NCBI GenBank assembly: GCA_045106605.1
Contig: JBGCEV010000002.1
Location: 25,996 to 89,995 of the forward strand
Source: Rickettsiaceae bacterium
GTDB taxonomy: Bacteria > Pseudomonadota > Alphaproteobacteria > Rickettsiales > Rickettsiaceae
DNA: 64,000 nt
Direction: 5' to 3'
The notes under the pieces are model-generated. The model did no database searches. It was not told where the DNA came from and was given only the letters and a program-made list of their open reading frames with translations. Positions 10,338-19,830 of the stretch are shown here, piece by piece. Position 1 is the first letter of the stretch. Each line of letters opens with the position of its first letter. The position numbers and the translations under genes are program-made.

Positions 10338-11921
10338 TTATTTAAATACACCTTTAGAATATAGACTTTCAATAGTTTTATCAAGTTTGAGCGCCAATTC
10401 TTGTTTAATCTGTTCTATATCCTCAATTTTCTCATTATTTTTGATATAATCAAGATTACCAGCTACCGCATCACGCAGTAAGTTCTCTAGTATTTGTTCC
10501 TTTGTATTTTGTCCATTCATATATTTAAGTGCAGATTTCCTAAAACTATTGATGAAAATTGCTTGATGATTCGGACTTGTAATCCAATCCTTGTTTGTAT
10601 TATGTACTTGGTGAAATATCAACTGATCTACGACCGGTTTAGTAAGGTGAATTTTGTTTTTGTCTCTCTCATACACATTAATTTCCATAAAACCTTTCAT
10701 AATAAGACTCATCGCATTATCAAGTAATTCAGCCTCGATTGTTGTTTTCTCGTCAGTTGGAAAAATTTTATTAGCCAATGCAACAATTCTGTCAAATTTA
10801 ATTGGATATCCACGATGTGCAGATAATACATAAAATACAGCTTTTAAATACGGTGAAGAAATAGACACTGACTGATTGTTACTTTGCAAAAAATAAAAAT
10901 CTATTGCTTTCTCGCTTATCAAATCTACATATTCAAAAGCTTTTTCTGGTACAATATCCAGGGAGAGAGCAAATTGTCGTATCTGATCAGTATTCAGATT
11001 CCTGTTCAAACTTACGTCCCTATGACAAAGCAACGTACTTCTGAATTTTCGATTATTAATAAAATCCAAATATTGTGCTGTGCCTACAATATCATTTTCA
11101 GTATTTAAGTTTTTTTCTACTGATGCTTGCATACTATCTAAATACATAGTAGATAATGATACATCCGACAAATATTGCAAATTATGCTTTCTTGCTTTAT
11201 CAAGAAACTCGCTAAAATAAAATTGATAATTATTTTCTTCTAAATGATCATGCCTGAGATAATGATCACTGCGTTCTGCCAGTATTTTGGCTTCCTGAAG
11301 AAGTATTTTACTGTAAGGGGTATCTGTTTTTGCGAGACTATCTTGAACAAAACTCAATAACTCTCTGGCCTGCCTTACTTTATCCTGAGAATTAGAAAAA
11401 CCCTTAGTATGATACAACATCATATCACGAATAGTTTTTGATATGTTCCATCCAGGCAAGGTATTGTAACTAATATATACAACACCGTTTCTGGCTAAAT
11501 TCTTGTTAGATATTTCTAAAATTTTCTCTTGGATATTTTCTGGCACCCACGAAAAAACACCATGGCATATTATATAATCAAATTCACCAAAAGATTTATC
11601 AACATCTATAATCGAACAATGTCTAAGTTCAATATTTGTAATACCCAAAGCATTAATATCGCTTTGTCCTCTTGCAATCTGTTTTGCAGATAAATCAATA
11701 CCAAGATACCTTCCTTGTGGATAATGAATTGCATGAGGTATTAAATTGCCACCTGCTGCACAACCTAGTTCAAGTACTCTCGCATCCTCAATTGGCGGAG
11801 GTCTCATACCAAAGAACGTAGCAAGTGTGGCTAAATTTAAAGGTGACGCCAACGGATAAGGATAACTTTCATAAGGCATCTCATCATATGAATTGTTTTT
11901 TAAACTATCCCTCATGAGCAC
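10338..11921 (-). CDS. SAM-dependent methyltransferase with C-terminal regulatory domain, rickettsial PKMT-like protein lysine methyltransferase
   Basis: The N-terminus YDEMPYESYPYPLASP...VLELGCAAGGNLIPHA...FDYIICHGVFSWVP...YISYNTLPGWN closely resembles the PKMT1/PKMT2 family as I remember it. Length is 527 aa. Confidence 0.8.
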   Translation of the reverse strand: MLMRDSLKNNSYDEMPYESYPYPLASPLNLATLATFFGMRPPPIEDARVLELGCAAGGNLIPHAIHYPQGRYLGIDLSAKQIARGQSDINALGITNIELRHCSIIDVDKSFGEFDYIICHGVFSWVPENIQEKILEISNKNLARNGVVYISYNTLPGWNISKTIRDMMLYHTKGFSNSQDKVRQARELLSFVQDSLAKTDTPYSKILLQEAKILAERSDHYLRHDHLEENNYQFYFSEFLDKARKHNLQYLSDVSLSTMYLDSMQASVEKNLNTENDIVGTAQYLDFINNRKFRSTLLCHRDVSLNRNLNTDQIRQFALSLDIVPEKAFEYVDLISEKAIDFYFLQSNNQSVSISSPYLKAVFYVLSAHRGYPIKFDRIVALANKIFPTDEKTTIEAELLDNAMSLIMKGFMEINVYERDKNKIHLTKPVVDQLIFHQVHNTNKDWITSPNHQAIFINSFRKSALKYMNGQNTKEQILENLLRDAVAGNLDYIKNNEKIEDIEQIKQELALKLDKTIESLYSKGVFK

Positions 11922-11950
11922 TTATTTTGACATTATTTAATAACAATGCA

Positions 11951-12706
11951 TTAAGCAGGAATTTTAAATTTAACTCCTATCATGAAATCAGCAACACCAA
12001 TCGTTTTTTTGATAGGAGACTGAGATACAAAGACTCCTGCGTCGTTTTTTGTATCGTATTTAAATTTTATGCCATTTACAACCATCAATTTTGCTCCCAG
12101 GTCTATACTTACATTTTCGGTAAAATCATAGGTAATACCACCACCAAATTGCAAGACAGGACAATTATTTTTGCTTTTTGTCGCTCTAAAAAATGGATAA
12201 TCATTCCCCATCCCTACCCCTGCAAGCGCATCTGTAGTAGTGAGTTTGGGTTTAATTGATACTTTAGCAATACCACCACCAGCCGTAAGATACGGCTTAA
12301 TACCTGCATATTGTTGAGGTATTTCATAAATTAAGTTCAATGTATAAATATTTGCTGAAACCTTAGTTCTATCTGATGTTTCTGGTATAGACACTCCTGG
12401 CATAACAGCAGTTTCTGGTAAGGTATATTTAAATATATATTTAGGTTGGTGCGCTGCAGAAAGTTCGATCATCATACCTGGATAAAAACTATAACCCACA
12501 CTTATTCCAAACTGATTAGATTGTTTTATTCTAAATCTAGAATTGGTTTCATCGTGTGAAAAACTTTTTATCACTGGCTCCGATATACCAAATTTTGTGC
12601 TAACATATACATACTCATCCTCAGCATTATCTGCATAAATAATACTTGGCCAAATGATAAAAAAATTAGCAACTAAAATAATAAATGAGCTTTTTATTTT
12701 TTTCAT
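11951..12706 (-). CDS. Small outer-membrane beta-barrel protein (OmpA-like/OMP_b-brl type) with signal peptide
   Basis: Signal peptide MKKIKSSFIILVANFFIIWPSIIYA, then alternating hydrophobic beta-strand pattern with Gly/aromatic-rich strands. 251 aa. Confidence 0.6.
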   Translation of the reverse strand: MKKIKSSFIILVANFFIIWPSIIYADNAEDEYVYVSTKFGISEPVIKSFSHDETNSRFRIKQSNQFGISVGYSFYPGMMIELSAAHQPKYIFKYTLPETAVMPGVSIPETSDRTKVSANIYTLNLIYEIPQQYAGIKPYLTAGGGIAKVSIKPKLTTTDALAGVGMGNDYPFFRATKSKNNCPVLQFGGGITYDFTENVSIDLGAKLMVVNGIKFKYDTKNDAGVFVSQSPIKKTIGVADFMIGVKFKIPA

Positions 12707-12919
12707 AATTTTATTAATTTTTTATATGAAGTAAGCCACGATTATATATAAGAAGATGTCACCGTCAATTTAAACTTCTTATGTAAACATCAAGTTCTAG
12801 TATAAGTCGAATTTGCTTCATACAATATCTATAATTAAAGCAATTTGTGATAAAACTCTTAAACACCTATATTGTCCATTATTTGCTGCCACCCTGAACC
12901 AGAGTATCGCAACACACGT

Positions 12920-12962
12920 ATCCTATATATAGTATGTCAAGAAAAAAAACATACTATATATG
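12920..12962 (+). promoter_or_regulatory. Candidate NrdR-type operator pair / 13-bp perfect inverted repeat overlapping a possible nrdAB promoter
   Basis: CTATATATAG (12923-12932) equals the 10-nt core C-W-A-T-A-T-A-T-W-G of the NrdR box. A weaker second copy, CTATATATG, lies at 12954-12962, about 31 bp centre to centre. The arms atatatagtatgt (12925-12937) and acatactatatat (12949-12961) are perfect reverse complements. Possible -35 ATGTCA and -10 TATATG lie inside. Confidence 0.35.
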
Positions 12963-13082
12963 CAAATTTATTGTTGAATGCGAGGGTATTGCTAGCTATC
13001 ATTAGCACAATAATTTTACTTGCAACAATTGCTTAAAAAAATAAATAATAAAAAGATATTACAAGGAGCTTTATACCAAATT

Positions 13083-14930
13083 ATGACTAGTGCAAAAAAA
13101 ACTAACTACAAGGTTAAAATTGACAGAAGTAGAGACAAATTATTAACCGATTTTGGTAAAGCTGTTTTAAAAGATAGGTATCTTATAAACGGTGAAGATT
13201 ACCAAGACTTATTTGCTAGAGTAGCCTCTTATTACGGTGATAATACAGATCATGCTAATAGAATGTATGATTATATAAGTAAGCTTCGGTTTATGCCTTC
13301 TACTCCGATATTAAGTAATGGCGGTATTGATCGCGGGTTACCTATTTCTTGTTTTTTGAATGAAACAGATGATAGCCTTGAGAGTATAGTCAATTTGTGG
13401 ACAGAAAATGTTTGGCTCGCTTCTAAAGGAGGAGGAATAGGCAGTTATTGGGGAAATGTACGATCAATTAATGAAACTGTTCATGGTAATGGTAAAACCT
13501 CTGGTATAGTTCCTTTCCTAAAGGTACAGGACTCTATGACTCTGGCAATTTCGCAAGGATCACTAAGACGCGGTAGTTCAGCTGTCTATTTACCTATTGA
13601 CCATCCTGAAATAGAAGAATTTATCGATTTGCGCAGGCCAACTGGCGGTGATGTTAATAGAAGGGCCCTTAATATACATCACGGCGTAGTGATTCCAGAT
13701 GCATTTATGCATGCTGTAGAAAAAGATGGGAATTGGCCTTTGATCAGTCCATTAACTAAGAAACAAATTAGCACTGTTAAAGCTCGTGATCTTTGGACTA
13801 AATTATTAACAACTAGAATAGAAACTGGTGAACCTTATCTATTGTTTATCGATGCGGTAAATAAAGCTATTCCAGAGCATCATAAAAAATTAGGCTTAAA
13901 AGTCAAAACATCCAATTTATGTTCTGAAATAACTTTACCCACAGGAAAAGATCATCTTGGTAAAGATAGAACAGCAGTATGTTGTTTATCTTCTGTTAAT
14001 CTTGAGTACTACCAGGAATGGAATCAGAATCCTGATTTTATTCCAGATATAATGAGATTTTTAGATAATGTACTTGAAGATTTTATTCAATTAGCACCTG
14101 ACACTATGTACCGGGCCAAATACGCCGCAATGAGAGAGCGTAGTATTGGTCTTGGCACTATGGGTTTTCATTCATTCTTACAGTCGCAAGATGTACCAAT
14201 TGAATCGGTGATGTCTAAAGTATGGAATAATAAAATTTTTGAGCATATTCACCAAGAAACAGATAAAGCTTCTAAATTGCTAGCAGGAGAACGAGGGGCT
14301 TGCCCGGATGCAGCAGAGGTTGGAGCTCAAGAAAGGTTTAGTAATAAGACGTCTATTGAGCCAACTGCTTCTATTTCAATTATTTGCGGTAATTCTTCAC
14401 CAGGTATTGAACCTTTTGCTGCTAATAGTTTTACTCAAAAAACTTTAACAGGCTCATTTACCGTTAAGAATAAGAATTTAATAAAATTACTTGAGGAGAA
14501 AGGGTTTAATAATGAACAGGTATGGTCTTCAATCTCAACACACGAAGGATCTGTTCAGCACTTAAATTTTTTAACTGATCATGAAAAAGATGTGTTTAAA
14601 ACAGCTTATGAAATAGATCAACATTGGTTAATCGAACTTGCTGCTGATCGTACACCGCATATTTCTCAGGCTCAATCTTTGAATATTTTTATGGCTGGTA
14701 ATATTAGTAAACAATATTTACATGATATTCATTTTAAGGCCTGGAAAAAAGGGGTAAAGAGCGCCTATTATGCAAGATCAACATCTATTCAAAGAGCGGA
14801 CAAGGTTTCTCATAACGTAACTCAGGCGCAAGATATGATAGATCTAGAAAAAAATAATAATGTTTTGAATCGTACAACACAAGAAGCTACTATCGAAAAT
14901 AATTACGACGAGTGCTTATCTTGTCAATAA
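13083..14930 (+). CDS. nrdA: Ribonucleoside-diphosphate reductase alpha subunit (class I)
   Basis: FMPSTPILSNGG, catalytic NLCSEI, and CCLSSVNL regions, with a C-terminal Cys pair (ECLSCQ). The ATG at 13083 is preferred over the TTG at 13020. Followed by nrdB. Confidence 0.93.
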   Translation: MTSAKKTNYKVKIDRSRDKLLTDFGKAVLKDRYLINGEDYQDLFARVASYYGDNTDHANRMYDYISKLRFMPSTPILSNGGIDRGLPISCFLNETDDSLESIVNLWTENVWLASKGGGIGSYWGNVRSINETVHGNGKTSGIVPFLKVQDSMTLAISQGSLRRGSSAVYLPIDHPEIEEFIDLRRPTGGDVNRRALNIHHGVVIPDAFMHAVEKDGNWPLISPLTKKQISTVKARDLWTKLLTTRIETGEPYLLFIDAVNKAIPEHHKKLGLKVKTSNLCSEITLPTGKDHLGKDRTAVCCLSSVNLEYYQEWNQNPDFIPDIMRFLDNVLEDFIQLAPDTMYRAKYAAMRERSIGLGTMGFHSFLQSQDVPIESVMSKVWNNKIFEHIHQETDKASKLLAGERGACPDAAEVGAQERFSNKTSIEPTASISIICGNSSPGIEPFAANSFTQKTLTGSFTVKNKNLIKLLEEKGFNNEQVWSSISTHEGSVQHLNFLTDHEKDVFKTAYEIDQHWLIELAADRTPHISQAQSLNIFMAGNISKQYLHDIHFKAWKKGVKSAYYARSTSIQRADKVSHNVTQAQDMIDLEKNNNVLNRTTQEATIENNYDECLSCQ

Positions 14931-14948
14931 CATAGAGGAGAATTATTA

Positions 14949-15947
14949 ATGTCATTACTAAACGCAAAACCAATATATAAACCATTTGCATACCCTTGGG
15001 CTTATGAAGCTTGGCATACGCAACAAAAGATACACTGGCTACCGGAAGAAGTTCCTTTAGCAGACGATGTAAAAGACTGGAAATACAATTTATCATCTGG
15101 AGAAAAACATTTATTAACTCAGATTTTTCGCTTTTTCACTCAAGCAGATATTGAAGTTAATAACTGTTATATGAAGCATTATTCTCAAGTATTTCAGCCA
15201 ACAGAAATACAGATGATGCTAGCTGCTTTTTCTAATATGGAAACAATTCACATCGCTGCTTATTCCCACTTACTTGACACAATAGGCATGGATGAATCTG
15301 AGTATCAGGCTTTCATGAAGTATAAAGAAATGAAAGATAAATATGATTATATGCAGAAATTTGGAGTTGAAACCAAAGAGGATATAGCAACCACCTTGGC
15401 TGTTTTTGGTGCATTTACTGAAGGGCTGCAACTATTTGCATCTTTTGCTATTTTATTGAATTTTCCAAGATTTAATAAAATGAAAGGTATGGGACAAATA
15501 GTCACATGGTCAGTACGTGATGAAACTTTGCATACCAACTCAATCATTCGCTTATTTAAAACTTTTGTGCAAGAGAACCCCGAAGTATGGAATGAAAAAC
15601 TCAGAAGTAGGCTTTATGAAGCATGCGCCACTATCGTCCATTTCGAAGATGCTTTTATTGAGCTTGCCTTTGAAGTTGGCGGCATTGAGGGTCTTACCGC
15701 CCGTGAAGTGCGTCAATATATTAGATATATTGCCGACCGTAGATTAATGCAGTTAGGTTTAAAAGAGATTTATCTTGTAGACCACAATCCACTGCCATGG
15801 CTGGATGAAATCTTAAATGGGGTTGAACATACTAATTTTTTTGAAAATAGAGTAACCGAATATACTAAGGCCGCAACTACAGGCACTTGGGACGATGTGT
15901 TTATTAATATGGATAAAAAACAGTCCCCTAAAGCAGCATCAAAGTAA
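14949..15947 (+). CDS. nrdB: Ribonucleoside-diphosphate reductase beta subunit
   Basis: Di-iron/tyrosyl radical motifs (NMETIHIAAYSHLL; FTEGLQLFASF; RDETLH). 332 aa, 18 nt after nrdA. Confidence 0.95.
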   Translation: MSLLNAKPIYKPFAYPWAYEAWHTQQKIHWLPEEVPLADDVKDWKYNLSSGEKHLLTQIFRFFTQADIEVNNCYMKHYSQVFQPTEIQMMLAAFSNMETIHIAAYSHLLDTIGMDESEYQAFMKYKEMKDKYDYMQKFGVETKEDIATTLAVFGAFTEGLQLFASFAILLNFPRFNKMKGMGQIVTWSVRDETLHTNSIIRLFKTFVQENPEVWNEKLRSRLYEACATIVHFEDAFIELAFEVGGIEGLTAREVRQYIRYIADRRLMQLGLKEIYLVDHNPLPWLDEILNGVEHTNFFENRVTEYTKAATTGTWDDVFINMDKKQSPKAASK

Positions 15948-16044
15948 CCTTAATTTTGCTATACTAATGCGTTAAAAGAAATTATTGCATATTTTTGTAT
16001 AGTAGTTACTATCCACGCTCAAGTTAAGGCAAAGCTATTATGTT

Positions 16045-17361
16045 ATGAAAAAAGTCAGTAACAGTTCGGAAATTTCTGGTCAGAAGGCGAATAAACGACC
16101 TTTTATGACAATGAAAGAGCGTAAAATATATAATAAATGGAGATTAAGAATTCTCTGCTTTATTATCATTGGATATGGCACCTATTATTTGTGCAGACAA
16201 AACTTTTCCATGATAATGCCCGTCTATCTGGAAGAGTTTGGCTATAGTAAAACTCAACTCGGTTTTGTCTTATCACTAGCTTCCATAGTGTATGGGATTG
16301 GCAAGTTTGCCAATGGCTATCTCAGTGATCAATCCAATGCTAGATATTTTATGCCACTAGGATTAGTATGTTCTGCTGTCATCACGTTTGCCTTAGGTTT
16401 TGCAGATAGTTTATGGTTGTTTGGTTTTTTATGGGTTCTCAATAACTGGTTTCAATCTATGGGCTGGCCTCCTGCAGCTAGAATGCTTACTCACTGGTTT
16501 GCACCACATGAACTTGGTACAAAATGGGCGCTTGGATCTGCATCGCATCAAGTGGGTGGAGCAATGACTTTGATATTGTCTGGGTATTTAGTAACAAGTT
16601 TTGGTTGGAGATACGCATTTTTTGTGCCTGCATTGGTGGCCGTCATTATTTCTGTTGTGTTGTTTAACCGATTACGCCAATCACCAAAAGAGCTGGGTTT
16701 TCCGCTAGTTGAGGCTTATAAGGGCGATGAACAATTTATTGAAGATACTAGCAACGATCATTTGTCTACATTACAGATTTTTTGTCAAGTGTTCGCTAAT
16801 AAGAATATGTGGCTCATAGGCCTTGCTAATATGTGTGTATATATTGTACGAATAGGTATCATTTTCTGGGCCCCTTTATTTCTTAAGGAATTCAAAAATA
16901 TGTCACTTACTAATGCGGGCTGGCAAGTCGCTGCCTACGAATTAGTTGGGCTTGTTGGCGGTATTGCGGCTGGCTGGTGTTCAGATCGTATATTTAAGGG
17001 GCAAAGAGGCCCTGTAGGTACGATTTTTATGATTATACTTGCAATATGCCTGTTTCTCTTTTGGCAAATACCTGCAGAATATAATCGAATTGGCTTAATA
17101 GCTTTAATTTTAGTTGGTTTCTTTGTGTATGGGCCGCAAATTTTAATAGGAGTTGCTTCAGCTGATTTTACTTCAAAAAAAGCTATTGGCACGGCAAATG
17201 GCTTTGTTGGTACTATGGGGTATATAGGTTCTGCATTGTCTGGAATGTGTGTTGGTGCATTAATCGACTATATTGGATGGAATGGAGCCTTTCTCTTTTT
17301 CATATTTGCTGCCTTACTTGGGTCATATTTATTTTATCTAACATGGCACAAGGTAAATTGA
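16045..17361 (+). CDS. glpT: MFS organophosphate:Pi antiporter (glycerol-3-phosphate transporter GlpT/UhpC family)
   Basis: 12-TM MFS with the family-typical N-terminus: YGTYYLCRQNFSMIMP and GKFANGYLSD. Confidence 0.8.
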   Translation: MKKVSNSSEISGQKANKRPFMTMKERKIYNKWRLRILCFIIIGYGTYYLCRQNFSMIMPVYLEEFGYSKTQLGFVLSLASIVYGIGKFANGYLSDQSNARYFMPLGLVCSAVITFALGFADSLWLFGFLWVLNNWFQSMGWPPAARMLTHWFAPHELGTKWALGSASHQVGGAMTLILSGYLVTSFGWRYAFFVPALVAVIISVVLFNRLRQSPKELGFPLVEAYKGDEQFIEDTSNDHLSTLQIFCQVFANKNMWLIGLANMCVYIVRIGIIFWAPLFLKEFKNMSLTNAGWQVAAYELVGLVGGIAAGWCSDRIFKGQRGPVGTIFMIILAICLFLFWQIPAEYNRIGLIALILVGFFVYGPQILIGVASADFTSKKAIGTANGFVGTMGYIGSALSGMCVGALIDYIGWNGAFLFFIFAALLGSYLFYLTWHKVN

Positions 17362-17422
17362 CATAGATATGAATGTGCGGTTAATCTTAAAGAATAAATT
17401 GCAATAGGTTGAATCTTAAATT

Positions 17423-18103
17423 ATGATATTATCAGATCAAATTTATACTATTTTATGTGTAATATTTACAGTATTTATCATAGTAGGTAATTTAATCTAC
17501 CAAAAATTCGTCTGCTTACCTATTCTGCCCTTTCATACATTCGAATTATCTGTAGGTGCTATCACGTATCCCTTAACATTTTTGCTTACAGATCTAATTG
17601 CTGAATTTTATGGCAAAGATAGAGCTAATTTTTGTGTAAAACTAGCAATTGTAATGAACATTATTATTGCCCTAGTAATTATGATGATGGATCAATTAAA
17701 TGCTACTACATGGTCCAAAATTGATAATGATACTTTTCATCATGTTTTTGGCTTGTATAGTGTTGCCTTTATAGGATCTATTATTGCTTGTTATATTGCT
17801 CAATTAATTGATATTACAATCTATTTATGGATAAGAAGACTAACCAATAGTAGATTCCTGTGGCTTCGCAATAATGGCAGTACAGCAATTTCATTATTTG
17901 CTGACACAGTTATTGTTATTACCTTTATGACTTTTTTTGGTATCCTGCCAATAGAACGTATGTGGCCTCTGATTTTAAATAGTTACTTATTCAAACTGTT
18001 TTTTACCGTCTCTAGTACGCCGTTATTTTATTTATGTGTGTGGGTCATAAGACGGTTATTAAATAACGATAAGAAGCACATCAGCTTTACTAAACCACAT
18101 TAG
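17423..18103 (+). CDS. yhhQ: Queuosine-precursor transporter, YhhQ/DUF165 family
   Basis: Polytopic 226-aa protein with the YhhQ signature AITYPLTFLLTDLIAEFYGKDRA. Confidence 0.8.
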   Translation: MILSDQIYTILCVIFTVFIIVGNLIYQKFVCLPILPFHTFELSVGAITYPLTFLLTDLIAEFYGKDRANFCVKLAIVMNIIIALVIMMMDQLNATTWSKIDNDTFHHVFGLYSVAFIGSIIACYIAQLIDITIYLWIRRLTNSRFLWLRNNGSTAISLFADTVIVITFMTFFGILPIERMWPLILNSYLFKLFFTVSSTPLFYLCVWVIRRLLNNDKKHISFTKPH

Positions 18104-19676
18104 AGCGTTCGGCCGCCTTACTACATTTGATTTTATATTCTTTATTGAGTTCTAAAACTGCCCACAACCATACAATAGAAATTGCAATAAAAGCTACCAT
18201 CAGGAAGGTAGAAATTGATTGATAAGTTGCGGCAGGAAAAATAACAAATATTATCGATTGCAAAAAAGCGCCTCCAGATTTACCTAACTTAGTACCAATC
18301 ATATCCGCAGCTGCCTTACCCCTTGTTTGTATAGGCTCTTCGAGTGGTACATAAGACATTTCTTTTGTAGAATCAAATAACGTATATTTACTCGACTTAC
18401 TTAAAATATTCTGTATTGCCCCTATTGTTATCGCTAGAATTATTGGGTCCCTACAAGCAAATGATACCATCATAAATGTGGCAACTAAATTAAAATTCAC
18501 TACCACAAAAAACCCCAAACCTGTGACCAGGACCATTATGGGTGTAATAATGGCGGCTGACAACCATCCCAATTTTCTTACTATATTGGAACCAAGTACC
18601 ACAAAACACAAAGTTAATATGCCTGTGTAACTTAAATAATTACCAATAAAAGCTGCAAACTCTGTAGGAGTTTTATATATTTTGGACGCTTCTGATTTCC
18701 ATGGTCCCTCTATTAGATTAATAGCCATACCATAACATATAAGTAAAATGGCTATCAATCGAATATATCTAGATCCAGCAACTATCTGGATACTTTCTTT
18801 TAAACTTAGTTGATTTTTTTTGACTTTAAATTTCAAATTACTAGTAGTTGTAGTATCCAGTATTTTATGATTTAGAAACCAGAATATTATAAGAGCAATC
18901 ACCCCAAGTACTGTCACTACTGACACCACAATTTGAATAGTTATCACGCTTTTAGCACTAGAAAGAGCAAATATTTTTTGAGAATATGAGTTAATTTCTG
19001 GTAAATTGAGCAAAAAAGTGCCAGAAAGGTACAAACCTGTTTGCCCTAGCAAACCAAAAAGTGGATAAAATCTTTTAGATTCATCAACTGACGTGATCTT
19101 ATTTACAAACTGCCAAAAAAGCAAAGCAAATATGGCATTTGGCCATAACTCAGCAATGATATAAAATAAAGAAAAACTCCAATTAGAGAGTAATAAGATA
19201 AACCACTTTAAATTAGGGGAATTTACTATCAACTTGCTAGCTATTTGCGGGTCAAGATGTAATTCTTTATGATGAGGAAATAAATAAAAAGCAAATAACA
19301 GGAAGAAGCCTAAAAATGTTGACATAGTAAGGTAAAAAATATTTTCTCCCTTCATTACACTGACAAGTTTTACATAAATAATTGTTACTAAAAAGGCTGC
19401 TGGTAATACCCCCCAAAACTTTAAAAAGGAAATAGTTTCCGTACCCATCATAGTATTAATTACACTATCCTTCATTGCGCGTATTAGGTTCTGTATGCCT
19501 AATATACAAAACATCAACAAAGTTATAGATAAGAATTTAGGCAATTCTGAACGTGCAATAGGCCAAAGATAATCTAGGATTTTCTTGTAATAAGTAATTG
19601 GAGGAGAAGGGGGCTCAGAAAAAGTATTTTTAGGTTGTATATTTTCTGAAATACTACTCATACTGGACTTAACCAA
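18090..19676 (-). CDS. tlc: ATP/ADP translocase (Tlc/NTT nucleotide transporter family)
   Basis: 528-aa, about 12-TM protein. The N-terminus LWPIARSELPKFLSITLLMFCILGIQNLIRAMKDS is typical of rickettsial/chlamydial Tlc proteins. Confidence 0.9.
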   Translation of the reverse strand: MVKSSMSSISENIQPKNTFSEPPSPPITYYKKILDYLWPIARSELPKFLSITLLMFCILGIQNLIRAMKDSVINTMMGTETISFLKFWGVLPAAFLVTIIYVKLVSVMKGENIFYLTMSTFLGFFLLFAFYLFPHHKELHLDPQIASKLIVNSPNLKWFILLLSNWSFSLFYIIAELWPNAIFALLFWQFVNKITSVDESKRFYPLFGLLGQTGLYLSGTFLLNLPEINSYSQKIFALSSAKSVITIQIVVSVVTVLGVIALIIFWFLNHKILDTTTTSNLKFKVKKNQLSLKESIQIVAGSRYIRLIAILLICYGMAINLIEGPWKSEASKIYKTPTEFAAFIGNYLSYTGILTLCFVVLGSNIVRKLGWLSAAIITPIMVLVTGLGFFVVVNFNLVATFMMVSFACRDPIILAITIGAIQNILSKSSKYTLFDSTKEMSYVPLEEPIQTRGKAAADMIGTKLGKSGGAFLQSIIFVIFPAATYQSISTFLMVAFIAISIVWLWAVLELNKEYKIKCSKAAERSNVV

Positions 19677-19830
19677 GGTTGTTAATGTATCAGTTATGTC
19701 AGCATAATATAGAATTACTAACTAAGAGTCAATACTCTCATGCTATCATCTAATTTATATAGCCTAAATAAAAAAACATATCTCAGCGTGCGTAAGTAAT
19801 ATTAAATACATTTAAGCTATTTAGAATAGT

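Noticed and set aside
11927-12259. 110-aa plus-strand ORF.
   Set aside because: It is antisense to the signal-peptide-bearing beta-barrel gene, which has a much stronger coding pattern.
17362-17422. Looked for a preQ1 riboswitch upstream of yhhQ, a common arrangement in other bacteria.
   Set aside because: The 61-nt spacer shows no small hairpin followed by an A-rich tail plus the CTA/ACTAAGG-like motif that I would expect. No evidence was found.
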